Assembly: GCA_963724765.1 (NCBI GenBank)
Contig: CAVRVY010000001.1
Location: 1,024,001 to 1,088,000, forward strand
Reading direction: 5' to 3'
Source of the DNA: an uncultured delta proteobacterium
Lineage (GTDB): Bacteria > Desulfobacterota > Binatia > Binatales > Binataceae
DNA length: 64,000 nucleotides
Part shown: one piece after another, positions 44,696 through 55,243 of the stretch
Layout: each line of letters begins with the position of its first letter
Position numbering within the stretch: position 1 is the stretch's first letter
Program-made: the position numbers and the translations under genes
The notes under the pieces: model-generated
Database searches by the model: none
The model's input: only the letters and a program-made list of their open reading frames with translations
What the model was told of the DNA's origin: nothing

Positions 44696-44944
44696 ATGCA
44701 AAAGCGCTCTCGTATGCCTCGCGACATCAATGTACTCGCGCACAAGACGCTCCAGATCGCCATCGGCGAGGACGTGGAGCCCGAGCCGAAACCCGATGAG
44801 GGTAAGAACCCCGCTGCTGTAGCTCTCGGCAAGCTAGGCGGCCCCAAGGGTGGAAAGAACCGATGGAAGGGCGTTTCCAAGAAGAAACGCTCCGAACTCG
44901 CTCGCAATGCTGCGCTTGCCCGTTGGAAGAAGCCCAAGACATAG
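44696..44944 (+). CDS. Small basic histone-H1-like/KGG protein of the type associated with IS1-like transposases
   Basis: PRD...GKNPAAVALGKLGGPKGG...RSELARNAALARW; TTGACC-N17-TAACGT ends 6 nt before ATG. Confidence 0.8.
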   Translation: MQKRSRMPRDINVLAHKTLQIAIGEDVEPEPKPDEGKNPAAVALGKLGGPKGGKNRWKGVSKKKRSELARNAALARWKKPKT

Positions 44945-45162
44945 TGGAGGCGGATGCTGCGCGTTAGCAACGCAACGCTCCCATTGGTTGTGCACTCCGC
45001 TTTACCTACTCCAACCGATTGACAAGTCGACCGAACTTTCGCCGCTCGCATTACGTCATGATGCGGAGTATAATGGAGCTATAGGTGGGGATTGTGCTGT
45101 CGGGAGTTTACGACTACAGTAGGTAACGTGTCAGGGAACGTGCCAGTGTGGAGAACACGAAG

Positions 45163-45603
45163 ATGAATCCAGACGAGTCCAAATTGATCGAGGAAACCAT
45201 CCGCGACCTTGAAGACGGACTTAGTGAACTTCAAGAGAAACGCGACATGATGGACTGGGATATCTCGCGGAAACAGGAGCGCTTGAAAGTATGGCAGGCC
45301 AAATTGGCCGAATTGTCGGGCGAGGCATTGCCGTCGCCGTCCCCGGAGCCGCACAAGCGTGCGCCGCGTGGTGCCAATCTGAGAGCCGTACTTGCGCTGC
45401 TTATGGATCCCGCCAGCCCGCGCCAAGGTCTATCTACGGCAGCGCTCGTCGATAAGGCCGCACTGCCGTTCTCAAGTGTACAGGCTGCGCTCAAGCAAGG
45501 TGAACAACAGGGGCTCGTCGAGCAGACGGATAACGGATTCTGGAGACCTAAGCAGCCCGATCCGCCGCAATTAACGATGGAGGCGAATGGAAAAGTGAAC
45601 TGA
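45163..45603 (+). CDS. Hypothetical coiled-coil plus probable winged-helix protein (passenger)
   Basis: N-terminal heptads; C-terminal GLSTAALVDK...SSVQAALK...GLVEQ..GFW; GGAGA RBS. Confidence 0.6.
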   Translation: MNPDESKLIEETIRDLEDGLSELQEKRDMMDWDISRKQERLKVWQAKLAELSGEALPSPSPEPHKRAPRGANLRAVLALLMDPASPRQGLSTAALVDKAALPFSSVQAALKQGEQQGLVEQTDNGFWRPKQPDPPQLTMEANGKVN

Positions 45604-45992
45604 CTGGACGAGGGAGTCCGTGGCCGCTGGCAGGCGACTCGGTTCTCTCTCTGATAATCGGGATGCCTGATGTAGGCGTTGGGTCAGAAGCAACTCAACC
45701 TTACCTCAATTCGGAGTCTCCCGCAACTCGATTCGTGTAATCAGGGCACGAATCGTAAGTGTCGAGGGACTTTATGCCTCAGAACAAACGAAACGATCCG
45801 CCACCGCCGCCGGGCTACCGTTGGGTATTCTGCCCACGGTTTAAGCATTGGCGGTCGGGGAAAGTCATCGAAGCAAAGGACTATGGCTTCGAAGCTTTCC
45901 GATTCCTAGTGCGCGGCTAATTGTAACCGGACACTAATCACCCTTAGCCCAGGGGCACCTTTCGGGGTGCCCCTGGCATGTATCGCCTTCGC

Positions 45993-46021
45993 TTGACAAT
46001 GCAAGAGCGTTCTCGTATATT
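45993..46021 (+). promoter_or_regulatory. Sigma70 promoter of the transposase, probably giving leaderless mRNA
   Basis: TTGACA-N17-TATATT ending 7 nt before ATG 46029. Confidence 0.7.
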
Positions 46022-46028
46022 GTTCAGT

Positions 46029-46859
46029 ATGAATCAGCTAGCCATCAATCGGCGGGTGCGGGTTGTTTCGTGCTTGGTCGAAGGGATGGGCGTCAATGCG
46101 ACTACTCGCGTAACGGGCGTCGCAAAAAATACCGTCCTAAAGCTGCTTCACGATCTTGGAACCGCATGCGAGCAATATCAGCGTGAGCATGTTCGCGATC
46201 TCGTTTGCCGCCGCGTTCAGCGTGATGAGATCTGGCAGTTCTGCTACAGCAAGCAAAAGAACGTACCAGAGAAATTTCGCGGGCAATTCGGTTTCAGCGA
46301 CGTATGGACCTGGGTCGGAATTGACGCGGACACAAAGCTGATCGTGGCTTGGCATCTCGGGAGGCGGGACGCTGGCGCGGCTCACGTTTTCATGAATCGG
46401 CTCGCGGGACGAATCAAGACTCGGATTCAGCTAACGACAGATGGCCATCGCGCATACCTTGATGCGGTGGATGAGGCGTGGGCTACGGAAGTCGATTACG
46501 CGATGCTGGTTAAGCTCTATGGCGGAGAGCCTGCCAGCAAGCCCGAGACACGATACAGCCCGGCCCAGTGCATCGGCACACGCCGCGACGCCATCAGCGG
46601 GAATCCCGATCCCGAGCACGTCTCGACAAGTTTTGTGGAAAGGCAAAATCTCACGATGCGAATGCAGATGCGTCGATATACCAGATTAACGAACGCGCAC
46701 AGCAAGAAGTTAGAGAACCATCGCCACGCAACCGCCCTGCATTTCGTGTGGTACAATTTCGTCAGGATTCATCAGACCTTGCGTTGCTCGCCTGCGATGG
46801 AAGCCGGTATCGATAGCCATCTATGGTCGATGGAAGAATTGGTCTCACTGGCAAACTGA
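46029..46859 (+). CDS. IS1-family DDE transposase (single ORF)
   Basis: N-terminal HTH (LVEG...TGVAKNTV), DEIW, WTWVGIDADTK, TTDG, STSFVERQN, RYTRLTNAHSKK. Confidence 0.88.
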   Translation: MNQLAINRRVRVVSCLVEGMGVNATTRVTGVAKNTVLKLLHDLGTACEQYQREHVRDLVCRRVQRDEIWQFCYSKQKNVPEKFRGQFGFSDVWTWVGIDADTKLIVAWHLGRRDAGAAHVFMNRLAGRIKTRIQLTTDGHRAYLDAVDEAWATEVDYAMLVKLYGGEPASKPETRYSPAQCIGTRRDAISGNPDPEHVSTSFVERQNLTMRMQMRRYTRLTNAHSKKLENHRHATALHFVWYNFVRIHQTLRCSPAMEAGIDSHLWSMEELVSLAN

Positions 46860-46883
46860 ACCAGTACCCTGAGGACCGGCCGC

Positions 46884-46912
46884 TTTACTGTCCGGGACCC
46901 CTCTGATAGGCT
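46884..46912 (+). promoter_or_regulatory. Probable rpsO promoter
   Basis: TTTACT-N17-TAGGCT with an extended TG, upstream of rpsO. Confidence 0.5.
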
Positions 46913-46955
46913 GCCTGATTAACTAAAAAGGAACAGGGAAAATAAGAGACTCCTG

Positions 46956-47225
46956 ATGCCCCTTGCAGCCGTCCGCAAGCTGGAAATTGTCCAGGCCCAC
47001 GCGCGCACTACCACCGACAGCGGTTCGCCCGAAGTCCAGGTGGCGCTGTTTAGCGCGCGTATTGAGCAACTGACCGAGCACCTGAAGACTCACGCGAAGG
47101 ACCATCATTCGCGGCGCGGACTTCTGCGCCTGGTCGGCAAACGCCGCCGGCTCCTGGACTACCTGCACTCGTGCGATGCCGCACGCTACCGGGCGCTGAT
47201 CGAACGACTGGGCATCCGGAGATAG
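46956..47225 (+). CDS. rpsO: 30S ribosomal protein S15
   Basis: [30 protein letters not shown]. Confidence 0.97.
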   Translation: MPLAAVRKLEIVQAHARTTTDSGSPEVQVALFSARIEQLTEHLKTHAKDHHSRRGLLRLVGKRRRLLDYLHSCDAARYRALIERLGIRR

Positions 47226-47370
47226 GCCGAACAAGCTTCGAGCCGCGCGGCCGCACGGTGCGGATGCGCGGGACACGGGCCGGCGGCTCCGCTGGCTTGG
47301 GTGTGCGTCGTTTAAGCGCCGATGTGGCGCGAGCAAAGCGGCCCTCCGTCCTCCCTCAGGTGTGAATCAG

Positions 47371-49467
47371 ATGTATCGAAAACTCGAGATAGATTTTTCC
47401 GGCCGCAAGCTGTCGCTGGAGACCGGAAGGCTGGCCAAGCAGGCGCATGGTGCGGTGCTGGCGCAGTATGGTGAGACCGTGGTGCTCGCGACCGTCGTGT
47501 CGGCCTACGATGCCCGTCCCAATATCGACTTCCTGCCGCTCACGGTGGACTACCAGGAGCGGACTTTCGCCGCCGGCAAAATCCCCGGCGGCTTTTTCAA
47601 GCGCGAGGGGCGGCCCTCGGAGAAGGAAATCCTGACCTCGCGGCTCATCGACCGCTCGATGCGTCCGCTGTTTCCCAAGGGCTACGACAAGGAAACCCAG
47701 GTCGTCGTGACGGTGCTCTCCGCCGACCGCGACAACGACCCCGACATGCTCTCGCTGATCGCGGCCTCGGCCGCGCTGGAAGTCTCCGACATCCCGCACG
47801 CCGGGCCGGTGGCGGCGGTGCGGATGGGCCGGGTCGACGGCAAGCTGATCGCCAATCCGAGCGCCGAGCAAATGGAGCAGAGCGACATCTCGATGGTGGT
47901 CGCGGCCAAGCCCGACTCGATCGTGATGCTCGAGGGCGGCGCGCAGATCGTGGATGAGGAACCGATACTCGAGGCGCTGTTCACGGCGCACGAGATGCTC
48001 AATCCGATCTTCGAGCTGCAGAACGAGCTGCGCCGCCTGGCCGGCAAGCCCAAGCGCGAGTTTACGCCCAAGGCGCTCGAGCCGGCGATGCTGGAGGCGG
48101 TGCGCCAGCGGATGGCGCCGGAACTCGAAGCCGCGCTCGCGATCGCAGGCAAGAAGGAACGCAGCACGGCCGTTTACGCGCTGTCGGACAAGACGGTGGC
48201 CGAGCTGGGCACGCGCTTTCCCGAGCGCCAAAAGGAATTGAGCGAGGCCTGCGAGAAAGTCATCCGCGAGCGCGTGCGCAGGGTCATCATCGAGCAGGAC
48301 AAGCGGATTGACGACCGCAAGTCGACCGACATCCGGCAGATCAGCGCGCAGGTGCAGATGCTGCCGCGCACGCATGGCTCCGCGCTGTTCACGCGCGGCG
48401 AGACCCAGGCCCTGGCGACGGTCACGCTCGGCACCTCGCAGGACGAGCAGAAGATCGACGCCCTGATGGGCGAGCGCTACAAGAAGTTCATGCTGCATTA
48501 CAACTTCCCGCCGTTCAGCACCGGCGAGGTCAAGTTCCTGCGTGGCCCGGGACGCCGCGAAATCGGCCACGGCGCGCTTGCCGAGCGCGCGCTGCTCCCG
48601 GTGCTGCCGCCCGAAGAGGATTTCCCGTACACGATCCGCGTGGTCTCCGAGGTGCTGGAGTCCAACGGCAGCTCCTCGATGGCCACGGTGTGCGGCGGCA
48701 GCCTCGCCCTGATGGACGCCGGCGTGCCGATACGCTCGGCGGTCGCGGGCATTGCGATGGGCCTGGTCAAGGAAGGTGAGCAGGTCCGCGTGCTCACCGA
48801 CATCCTGGGCGACGAGGACCATCTCGGCGACATGGATTTCAAAGTCGCCGGCACTTCAAACGGCATCACCGCGATCCAGATGGACAACAAGGTCGGCGGA
48901 GTGACGCGCGAGGTGATGCGCCAGGCGCTGCATCAGGCCCGCGACGCGCGGTTGTTCGTGCTGAGCGTGATGGAGAAGGCATTGCAGACGCCGCGCACCG
49001 AAGTCTCGATGTATGCGCCGCGCATCGTCACCATCCACGTCAAGCCCGACAAAATTCGCGAGATCATCGGCCCAGGCGGCAAGGTGATCCGCGCGCTGGT
49101 CGAGGAGACCGGCTGCAAGATCGATATCGAGGATGACGGCACCGTGGTGATCGCGTCCGCCGACGGCGCGGCGATCGACAAGGCCATCGCTTCCATCCAG
49201 GCCATCACCGCCGAACCCGAGGTCGGCCGCATCTACAAGGGCCGCGTGCGCAAGGTGGTGGAGTTCGGCGCCTTCGTCGAGATCATGCCCGGCACCGACG
49301 GCCTGCTGCACATCTCGCAGCTTTCCAACGAGCGCGTGCGCAGCGTCGAAGACGTCGTTCACGAGGGCGACGAGATAAGTGTCAAGGTGCTCGAGGTCGG
49401 GCGCGACGGCAAAATCCGGCTCTCTTTGCGCGAGGCGCAGGAAGAACTGGCGAAGAAGGCCAACTAG
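47371..49467 (+). CDS. pnp: Polyribonucleotide nucleotidyltransferase
   Basis: [44 protein letters not shown] and S1 domains. Confidence 0.98.
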   Translation: MYRKLEIDFSGRKLSLETGRLAKQAHGAVLAQYGETVVLATVVSAYDARPNIDFLPLTVDYQERTFAAGKIPGGFFKREGRPSEKEILTSRLIDRSMRPLFPKGYDKETQVVVTVLSADRDNDPDMLSLIAASAALEVSDIPHAGPVAAVRMGRVDGKLIANPSAEQMEQSDISMVVAAKPDSIVMLEGGAQIVDEEPILEALFTAHEMLNPIFELQNELRRLAGKPKREFTPKALEPAMLEAVRQRMAPELEAALAIAGKKERSTAVYALSDKTVAELGTRFPERQKELSEACEKVIRERVRRVIIEQDKRIDDRKSTDIRQISAQVQMLPRTHGSALFTRGETQALATVTLGTSQDEQKIDALMGERYKKFMLHYNFPPFSTGEVKFLRGPGRREIGHGALAERALLPVLPPEEDFPYTIRVVSEVLESNGSSSMATVCGGSLALMDAGVPIRSAVAGIAMGLVKEGEQVRVLTDILGDEDHLGDMDFKVAGTSNGITAIQMDNKVGGVTREVMRQALHQARDARLFVLSVMEKALQTPRTEVSMYAPRIVTIHVKPDKIREIIGPGGKVIRALVEETGCKIDIEDDGTVVIASADGAAIDKAIASIQAITAEPEVGRIYKGRVRKVVEFGAFVEIMPGTDGLLHISQLSNERVRSVEDVVHEGDEISVKVLEVGRDGKIRLSLREAQEELAKKAN

Positions 49468-49560
49468 CCGGGCCACTTTGGACCGCCGCATGCGACGATT
49501 CCGCCATGATTCAATCATGATTCAGCCATGTTTAAGCCATGATGGTGCGATAATTTCGCG

Positions 49561-50823
49561 ATGATACTAAAAGACGTTTTGCCCAACGGCCTGCGCGTGA
49601 TCAGCGAACCGATGCCGGCCGTGGTCTCGTCCACGATCGGTATCTGGGTCGAAAATGGATCGCGCTACGAAACCTCGGCCCAGAACGGAGTCTCGCACTT
49701 CATCGAGCATCTGCTCTTCAAGGGCACGCGCAAGCGCACCGCCGCGCAAATCGCCGAGCAGATCGACGCCGTCGGCGGCGTGCTCAATGCGTTTACCGGC
49801 AAGGAATACACCTGCTACTACGCCAAGGTGCTCGGCGCCGACCTGGCGATGACTACCGAGCTGCTGGCCGATCTTTTTCTCGATTCGGTCTTTGACGCGG
49901 CCGAGATCGATCGCGAGCGTCAGGTGGTGCTGCAGGAAATCTCGCAAGCAGAGGACACTCCCGACGATTTCATCCACGATCTTTTCAATCTGAAATTCTG
50001 GGAGGGCCATCCGCTGGCCCTGCCGATCTTCGGCTCGGTCGGGACCGTCAACGCGATCAACCGCGAATTGCTGGTCTCCTTCATGGCCGACCGCTACCGC
50101 GCGGGCCGGGTCTTTATCGCGGCGGCGGGGATGGTCGACCACAAGCGGTTGGTTGACGACTGCGAGCGGCTGTTCGGCGGAATTTCGGGCGACGGACGCG
50201 GCGAGCCGATTGCGCCGCCGGCCGACCGCTCCGTGGTTATCAACCAGGAGAAGGACCTCGAGCAGACCCATATATGTATCGGCGGGCCGGGAATCAGCCA
50301 GGCTTCGCCGCTGCGCTACGCCAGCTACGTGCTGAACACGGCGCTGGGCGGCGGGATGTCCTCGCGCCTGTTCCAGGAGGTGCGCGAGCGCCGTGGCCGC
50401 GTCTACAGCATCTATTCTTTCATGTCGTCCTTCCTCGATTGCGGTTACCTCGGAATCTACGCCGGCACCAATCCGGAATGGGTCGAAGAGGTGCTCGAGG
50501 TCACGGTGGGCGAGGTCAACAAAATCGCCCGCGTCGGGCTTACCGACGAGGAACTGGCGCGCGCCAAGAGCCAGCTCAAGGGCAACATGCTGCTCGGCAT
50601 GGAATCGACCGAGAGCCGGATGAATCGCGTCGCGCGCAACGAGATTTATTTCGGCCGCGAGATTCCGCTCGAGGAACTGGCCGCCGAGATCGACAAGGTC
50701 ACCCATGAACAGGTGCTCGAACTGGCGCAGACCTCGTTTCTGTCGGGCAAGATGGCGCTGGTGCTGCTGGGCGATCTGAAGGGGCACAAGTTCGGCCCCG
50801 ATGTTTTTGCCGAGCTCAAATAA
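49561..50823 (+). CDS. M16 family zinc peptidase
   Basis: HFIEHLLFKGT (HxxEH), NAFT, GGGMSSRLFQEVRE. Confidence 0.93.
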   Translation: MILKDVLPNGLRVISEPMPAVVSSTIGIWVENGSRYETSAQNGVSHFIEHLLFKGTRKRTAAQIAEQIDAVGGVLNAFTGKEYTCYYAKVLGADLAMTTELLADLFLDSVFDAAEIDRERQVVLQEISQAEDTPDDFIHDLFNLKFWEGHPLALPIFGSVGTVNAINRELLVSFMADRYRAGRVFIAAAGMVDHKRLVDDCERLFGGISGDGRGEPIAPPADRSVVINQEKDLEQTHICIGGPGISQASPLRYASYVLNTALGGGMSSRLFQEVRERRGRVYSIYSFMSSFLDCGYLGIYAGTNPEWVEEVLEVTVGEVNKIARVGLTDEELARAKSQLKGNMLLGMESTESRMNRVARNEIYFGREIPLEELAAEIDKVTHEQVLELAQTSFLSGKMALVLLGDLKGHKFGPDVFAELK

Positions 50824-50927
50824 GGTTTTGCCGAGACCCAAGTAAAGTTTCTCCGAGCTCAGCCGCTGCGCTTGCGCCGAGCCATCAAACATCTCTAGGT
50901 TCTTGCCACCGGCGCACAGCCGGCTGG

Positions 50928-52067
50928 ATGCCGTCATCGCTGGACCATCGCGAACGCTCGATCCTTGGCCTGACCACGTCGGATCGGTCGGTGGCGGCGA
51001 TGGTCCTCGTCATCAAGGTGGCAGTGCTGCTCTTCGGCGCTCTCGCCTTCCAGATAATCAAGAACGAACGGGTGCGCTCGCTTGCCCATCTGCTCTCGAT
51101 CTGGAACCGATGGGATGGGCCGCAATACCTGCTGATCGCACAGCACGGATACGCGGCATCGGGTGACCAGCGGCTCGCGCTGGTGTTCTTTCCGCTCTAC
51201 CCGTGGCTCATCCGGCTGACCGCGATAGTCGTGCGCGACGCTGTCCTCAGCGCGTTCCTGGTCTCGACGGTCGCCTCAGTGGCCGCGGGCGTGGCGCTGG
51301 CGCGGCTCTTTGCGATCGATTACTCGCGCCATCTGGCGCGCCGCGCGGCCTGGTTCCTTTTCATCTTTCCGACCTCCTACTTTATGCACATCGATTACAG
51401 CGAGAGCCTTTTCCTGGCGCTGGTGCTCGCGTCCCTCGTGGCGGCGCGCCGCGAGCGCTGGCTGCGGGCCGGTCTCTTTGGCGCGTTCGCCGCGCTCGCG
51501 CGGCCCAATGGAATCCTGCTGCTTCCGGCGCTGGGCGCCGACGCGCTGTGGGAGTTGTGGGGGACGCGTCGTTTCAATTGGCGATGGCTCTGGGCGGGCC
51601 TCATCCCGCTGGGCTTCACCGTTTATCTTTGGATTAATTACCATGTCACCGGAGATGCGCTGGCGTTTTTTAAACTTGAGCACTCCCACTGGTCTGACGC
51701 GCTAGTCGCGCCATGGAGCGGCATCCGGGTCAACCTCGACGTTGCGCGCGACTGGGATCCCTCGCAGGCCGCCATGATCGGTACCCAGGTGCTCTTCTAT
51801 CTCGCGGTTGGCTTGGCGGGAGCGATCGCCGCGGCCCTTTTGCTGCGCCCGTCGTATGCGGTGTGGATGGTGCTCAACTGGCTGCTGTTCGCGAGCCAAT
51901 CATGGGACATCAGCTCGCCGCGCTATACGCTGGTGATGTTTCCGCTGTTCATTCTGCTTGCGCGGCTCGCGCGAAGGCGCACCTGGGACGTGGCGATCAC
52001 CGTATGGTCGCTGCTATGGCTGGGGCTGTTCGTCAGCGAGTTCGTTTGCGGCCATTGGGCGTTCTGA
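50928..52067 (+). CDS. GT-C membrane mannosyltransferase-like (PIG-V type) protein
   Basis: RWDGPQYL, FFPLYP, YSESLFL, RPNG; multiple transmembrane helices. Confidence 0.8.
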   Translation: MPSSLDHRERSILGLTTSDRSVAAMVLVIKVAVLLFGALAFQIIKNERVRSLAHLLSIWNRWDGPQYLLIAQHGYAASGDQRLALVFFPLYPWLIRLTAIVVRDAVLSAFLVSTVASVAAGVALARLFAIDYSRHLARRAAWFLFIFPTSYFMHIDYSESLFLALVLASLVAARRERWLRAGLFGAFAALARPNGILLLPALGADALWELWGTRRFNWRWLWAGLIPLGFTVYLWINYHVTGDALAFFKLEHSHWSDALVAPWSGIRVNLDVARDWDPSQAAMIGTQVLFYLAVGLAGAIAAALLLRPSYAVWMVLNWLLFASQSWDISSPRYTLVMFPLFILLARLARRRTWDVAITVWSLLWLGLFVSEFVCGHWAF

Positions 52068-52141
52068 GCGAGCCCTGTGGACGGCTTGAATCGGATGGCG
52101 TTGCACCCGTCCGCCGACCCGGATACTTCTGACGATTGACC

Positions 52142-52582
52142 ATGACCCCGGTGATCAAAGTGCGGCGCGTGAAAACTTCCTCGATGCTGCCGCGCTACCA
52201 GAGCGCGCATGCGGCCGGCATGGACCTTGTCGCAGATATTGAAGTTTCACTTGAGATTACACCGATGGAACGCGTCGCCGTGCCGACCGGAATCGCCATG
52301 GAAATCCCGTCCGGTTTCGAGGGGCAGGTGCGCCCGCGCAGCGGGCGCGCGCTCGAAGAAGGCCTTACACTCGTCAATTCGCCGGGCACGGTCGACGCCG
52401 ACTATCGCGGCGAAATTAAAGTGTTGCTTGTGAACCTGGGAGGCGCCGCGGTCACGATTCGCCCCGGCGACCGAATCGCTCAGCTCGTGATTGCGCCCGT
52501 GGCGCGGGCCGAGCTGGTCGAGGCCGCTGAGCTCGAGCCAAGTTCGCGCGGCGGCGGCGGCTTCGGGCATACTGGAAGGTAG
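52142..52582 (+). CDS. dut: dUTP diphosphatase
   Basis: AAGMDL, QVRPRSG, PGTVDADYRGE, GDRIAQL, RGGGGFGHTG. Confidence 0.95.
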   Translation: MTPVIKVRRVKTSSMLPRYQSAHAAGMDLVADIEVSLEITPMERVAVPTGIAMEIPSGFEGQVRPRSGRALEEGLTLVNSPGTVDADYRGEIKVLLVNLGGAAVTIRPGDRIAQLVIAPVARAELVEAAELEPSSRGGGGFGHTGR

Positions 52583-52621
52583 CGGCGCGCGCGATACCCT
52601 CACGCGACGCGCTCAATATCT

Positions 52622-54055
52622 GTGTCAAAACCTGTGTCAAAAGAAGACGGAAGCGACACTTACGAATTTGACGCTGCGTTGATGGCCGTCACGCCGATCG
52701 ACGGCCGCTACCACGCGCGCACGCGCGCGCTGGCCGCCTACTTCAGCGAGTTCGCGCTCATCCGCTACCGCGTCCGGGTCGAAATCGAATGGCTGCTCGC
52801 GCTGGCCGCAAATCCTGCGATCGGGGAATTCACCCTCGATTCGGTCTCGGCGCTAAAGCTGCGATTGATATACGGCGAGTTCAAGCTCGCCGACGCGCGC
52901 CGCGTCAAGGAACTCGAGCGCACGACCAACCATGACGTGAAGGCGATCGAATATTTCCTTACCGAAAAGATCGCGGTAAGCGGTATCAACGTCCCGTCCG
53001 GGATGATCCATTTCGCCTGCACCTCGGAGGACATCAATAACCTCGCCTACGCGCTCATCCTCAAGGAGTTCTGCGAGCATGAGCTTGCGCCAGCGCTGGA
53101 TGCGATCGTCGCCACGGTGGCCGCGATGGCGCGGCGATGGCGCGCGGTCGCGATGGTCGCGCGTACGCATGGCCAGGCAGCGACGCCGACCACGATGGGC
53201 AAGGAGCTGGCGGTGTTTGCGGCGCGCTTGGAGCGCCAGCGCCGCGCGCTCGGCCGCCAGGAGTTCCTGGGCAAGTTCAACGGCGCGGTCGGCAACTTCA
53301 ACGCCCACCAGGCCGCCGCGCCCGAGGCCGATTGGATCGAATGTTCGCGCCGCTTCGTCGAATCGATGGATCTCGTGTGGAGTCCGCTCACCACCCAGAT
53401 CGAAAGCCACGACTTCATCGCCGAGCTGCTCGACCTGATGGCCCGTATCGATACTATCCTGCTCGGCTTCGCGCGCGACATGTGGGGGTATATCGCGCTC
53501 GGCTACTTCGGCCAGCGCACGGTGAAGGGCGAAGTCGGCTCGTCGGTGATGCCGCACAAGGTCAACCCGATCGATTTCGAGAACTGCGAGGGGAACCTTG
53601 GGCTCGCGACCGCGCTGTTTCAGCATCTGGCGGCCAAGCTGCCGGTCTCGCGATGGCAGCGCGACTTGAGCGACAGCACGGCGATGCGCGCGTTAGGCAC
53701 CGCGTTCGGCCATTTGATGGTCGCGCTGGAGGCGCTTGGGCGTGGGCTCGGTCGCGTTGAGCTCAACGCCGCGCGAATCGCCGCCGACCTGGAGGCCGAG
53801 GGCTCGTGGGAAGTGCTGGCCGAGGCGGTGCAGACGGTGATGCGCCGCCACGGGCTCGAAGATCCCTACGAGCGGCTGAAGGAACTGACTCGCGGCCGCG
53901 CGATCGATCGGGAGGCGATGCGCGGGTTCATCGCCGCGCTTGAGCTGCCGCCTGAGGTCAAGGCCCGGCTCGAGAAGCTCGAGCCGTGTGGTTACGTTGG
54001 ACTTGCCGCCGAGCTGGTCGATCGCTTCGCGCCCGGCGACAAATCCAAAAGCTAG
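52622..54055 (+). CDS. purB: Adenylosuccinate lyase
   Basis: PIDGRY, TNHDVKA, TSEDINN, GSSVMPHKVNPIDFEN. Confidence 0.96.
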   Translation: MSKPVSKEDGSDTYEFDAALMAVTPIDGRYHARTRALAAYFSEFALIRYRVRVEIEWLLALAANPAIGEFTLDSVSALKLRLIYGEFKLADARRVKELERTTNHDVKAIEYFLTEKIAVSGINVPSGMIHFACTSEDINNLAYALILKEFCEHELAPALDAIVATVAAMARRWRAVAMVARTHGQAATPTTMGKELAVFAARLERQRRALGRQEFLGKFNGAVGNFNAHQAAAPEADWIECSRRFVESMDLVWSPLTTQIESHDFIAELLDLMARIDTILLGFARDMWGYIALGYFGQRTVKGEVGSSVMPHKVNPIDFENCEGNLGLATALFQHLAAKLPVSRWQRDLSDSTAMRALGTAFGHLMVALEALGRGLGRVELNAARIAADLEAEGSWEVLAEAVQTVMRRHGLEDPYERLKELTRGRAIDREAMRGFIAALELPPEVKARLEKLEPCGYVGLAAELVDRFAPGDKSKS

Positions 54056-54208
54056 TTCCGGGACTTATTAGATGGCTTGGCCGGTTGTGCATAAGTGCCG
54101 CGTTTTGTGAACAAAGCAGAGCCCCGAAGGTTTGTCGCGCGCGCGCGGGTCGGCTACTTCAATATTCATCGACTGTTTGCACTTGAGTAAATTCCCGCTA
54201 ATGGAGAA

Positions 54209-54931
54209 ATGCCGGTGGAAGACGCTCCGCAGAAGCTCGAAATGTTTTATGAGGGCAAGGCAAAAAAACTCTATGCGACCGCCGATCCCGACCTCGTAAT
54301 CGCTTACTTCAAAGACGATGCGACCGCGTTCAACGCCAAAAAGCGCGGCACGATCGAAGACAAGGGCGTGATGAACAACCGCATCTCGGAGCTGTTCTTC
54401 ACCTTGCTCGAGCACAATGGCATCCCGACCCACTTCGTGCGCCGCCTGGACGAACGCGAGATGCTCTGCCGGCGACTCGACATAATCCCGGCCGAAACCG
54501 TGGTGCGCAATATCGTCGCGGGCTCGATGGCCAAGCGGCTGGGCCGCGAAGAAGGCGAGAAGCTCAAGCATCCGATCGTGGAATACTATTACAAATCCGA
54601 CCCGCTCGACGATCCGCTCATCTATCCCGAGCACGCCGTGCTGTTCGGATGGGCGACCGAGGAAGAGCTCGACGCGATTCACGCCATGGCGCTCAGGGTC
54701 AACGACGTGCTGAGCCGCTTTCTCGACGAGCGCGGCGTGATTCTGGTCGATTTCAAACTCGAGTTCGGACGCCATCACGGCAAAATCCTGCTCGGCGACG
54801 AGATTTGTCCCGATACCTGCCGCTTCTGGGACAAGGCCACACTCAAGAAGCTCGACAAGGACCGTTTCCGCCGTGACCTCGGCGAGGTCGAGGGCGCTTA
54901 TCACGAGATGCTTCGCCGGGTGTCGAATTGA
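54209..54931 (+). CDS. purC: SAICAR synthetase
   Basis: YEGKAKKLY, FKDDATAFN, LVDFKLEFG, DEICPDTCRFWD. Confidence 0.97.
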   Translation: MPVEDAPQKLEMFYEGKAKKLYATADPDLVIAYFKDDATAFNAKKRGTIEDKGVMNNRISELFFTLLEHNGIPTHFVRRLDEREMLCRRLDIIPAETVVRNIVAGSMAKRLGREEGEKLKHPIVEYYYKSDPLDDPLIYPEHAVLFGWATEEELDAIHAMALRVNDVLSRFLDERGVILVDFKLEFGRHHGKILLGDEICPDTCRFWDKATLKKLDKDRFRRDLGEVEGAYHEMLRRVSN

Positions 54932-54982
54932 GCGGACGGCGCGGCGGGAAATTTCTCGCGCAGAGGGCGCGGAGGCTTTGAG

Positions 54983-55243
54983 TTGCTGGTCAAGGTTTTC
55001 GTCACGCCACGCAAGGGAATTCTCGATCCCCAGGGACGCGCAGTCGAGCAATCGCTGAAGAGCCTCGGCTTCGGCGGCGTCGGCGCGGTCCGCGTCGGCC
55101 GGTACATCGTGCTGGAACTCGACGCGCCGAACCTCGAGCAGGCGCGTGAAACGGTCAGACAAATGTGCGGGCAACTGCTGACCAATCCGAATATCGAAGA
55201 CTACACCTTCGAGATCGAGCCTTCCGAGGGCGGCCCGCGATGA
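54983..55243 (+). CDS. purS: FGAM synthase subunit PurS
   Basis: ILDPQGRAV, VRVGRY, LLTNPNIEDY. Confidence 0.93.
   Translation: MLVKVFVTPRKGILDPQGRAVEQSLKSLGFGGVGAVRVGRYIVLELDAPNLEQARETVRQMCGQLLTNPNIEDYTFEIEPSEGGPR

Larger units (their letters stand above)
44414..46868 (+). mobile_element. IS1-family transposon carrying passenger genes (2455 bp)
   Basis: 16-bp inverted repeats ggtagtggttcagttt / aaactgaaccagtacc (15/16 match); 8-bp direct repeat ctgaggac at 44406-13 and 46869-76; lower GC. Confidence 0.9.
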
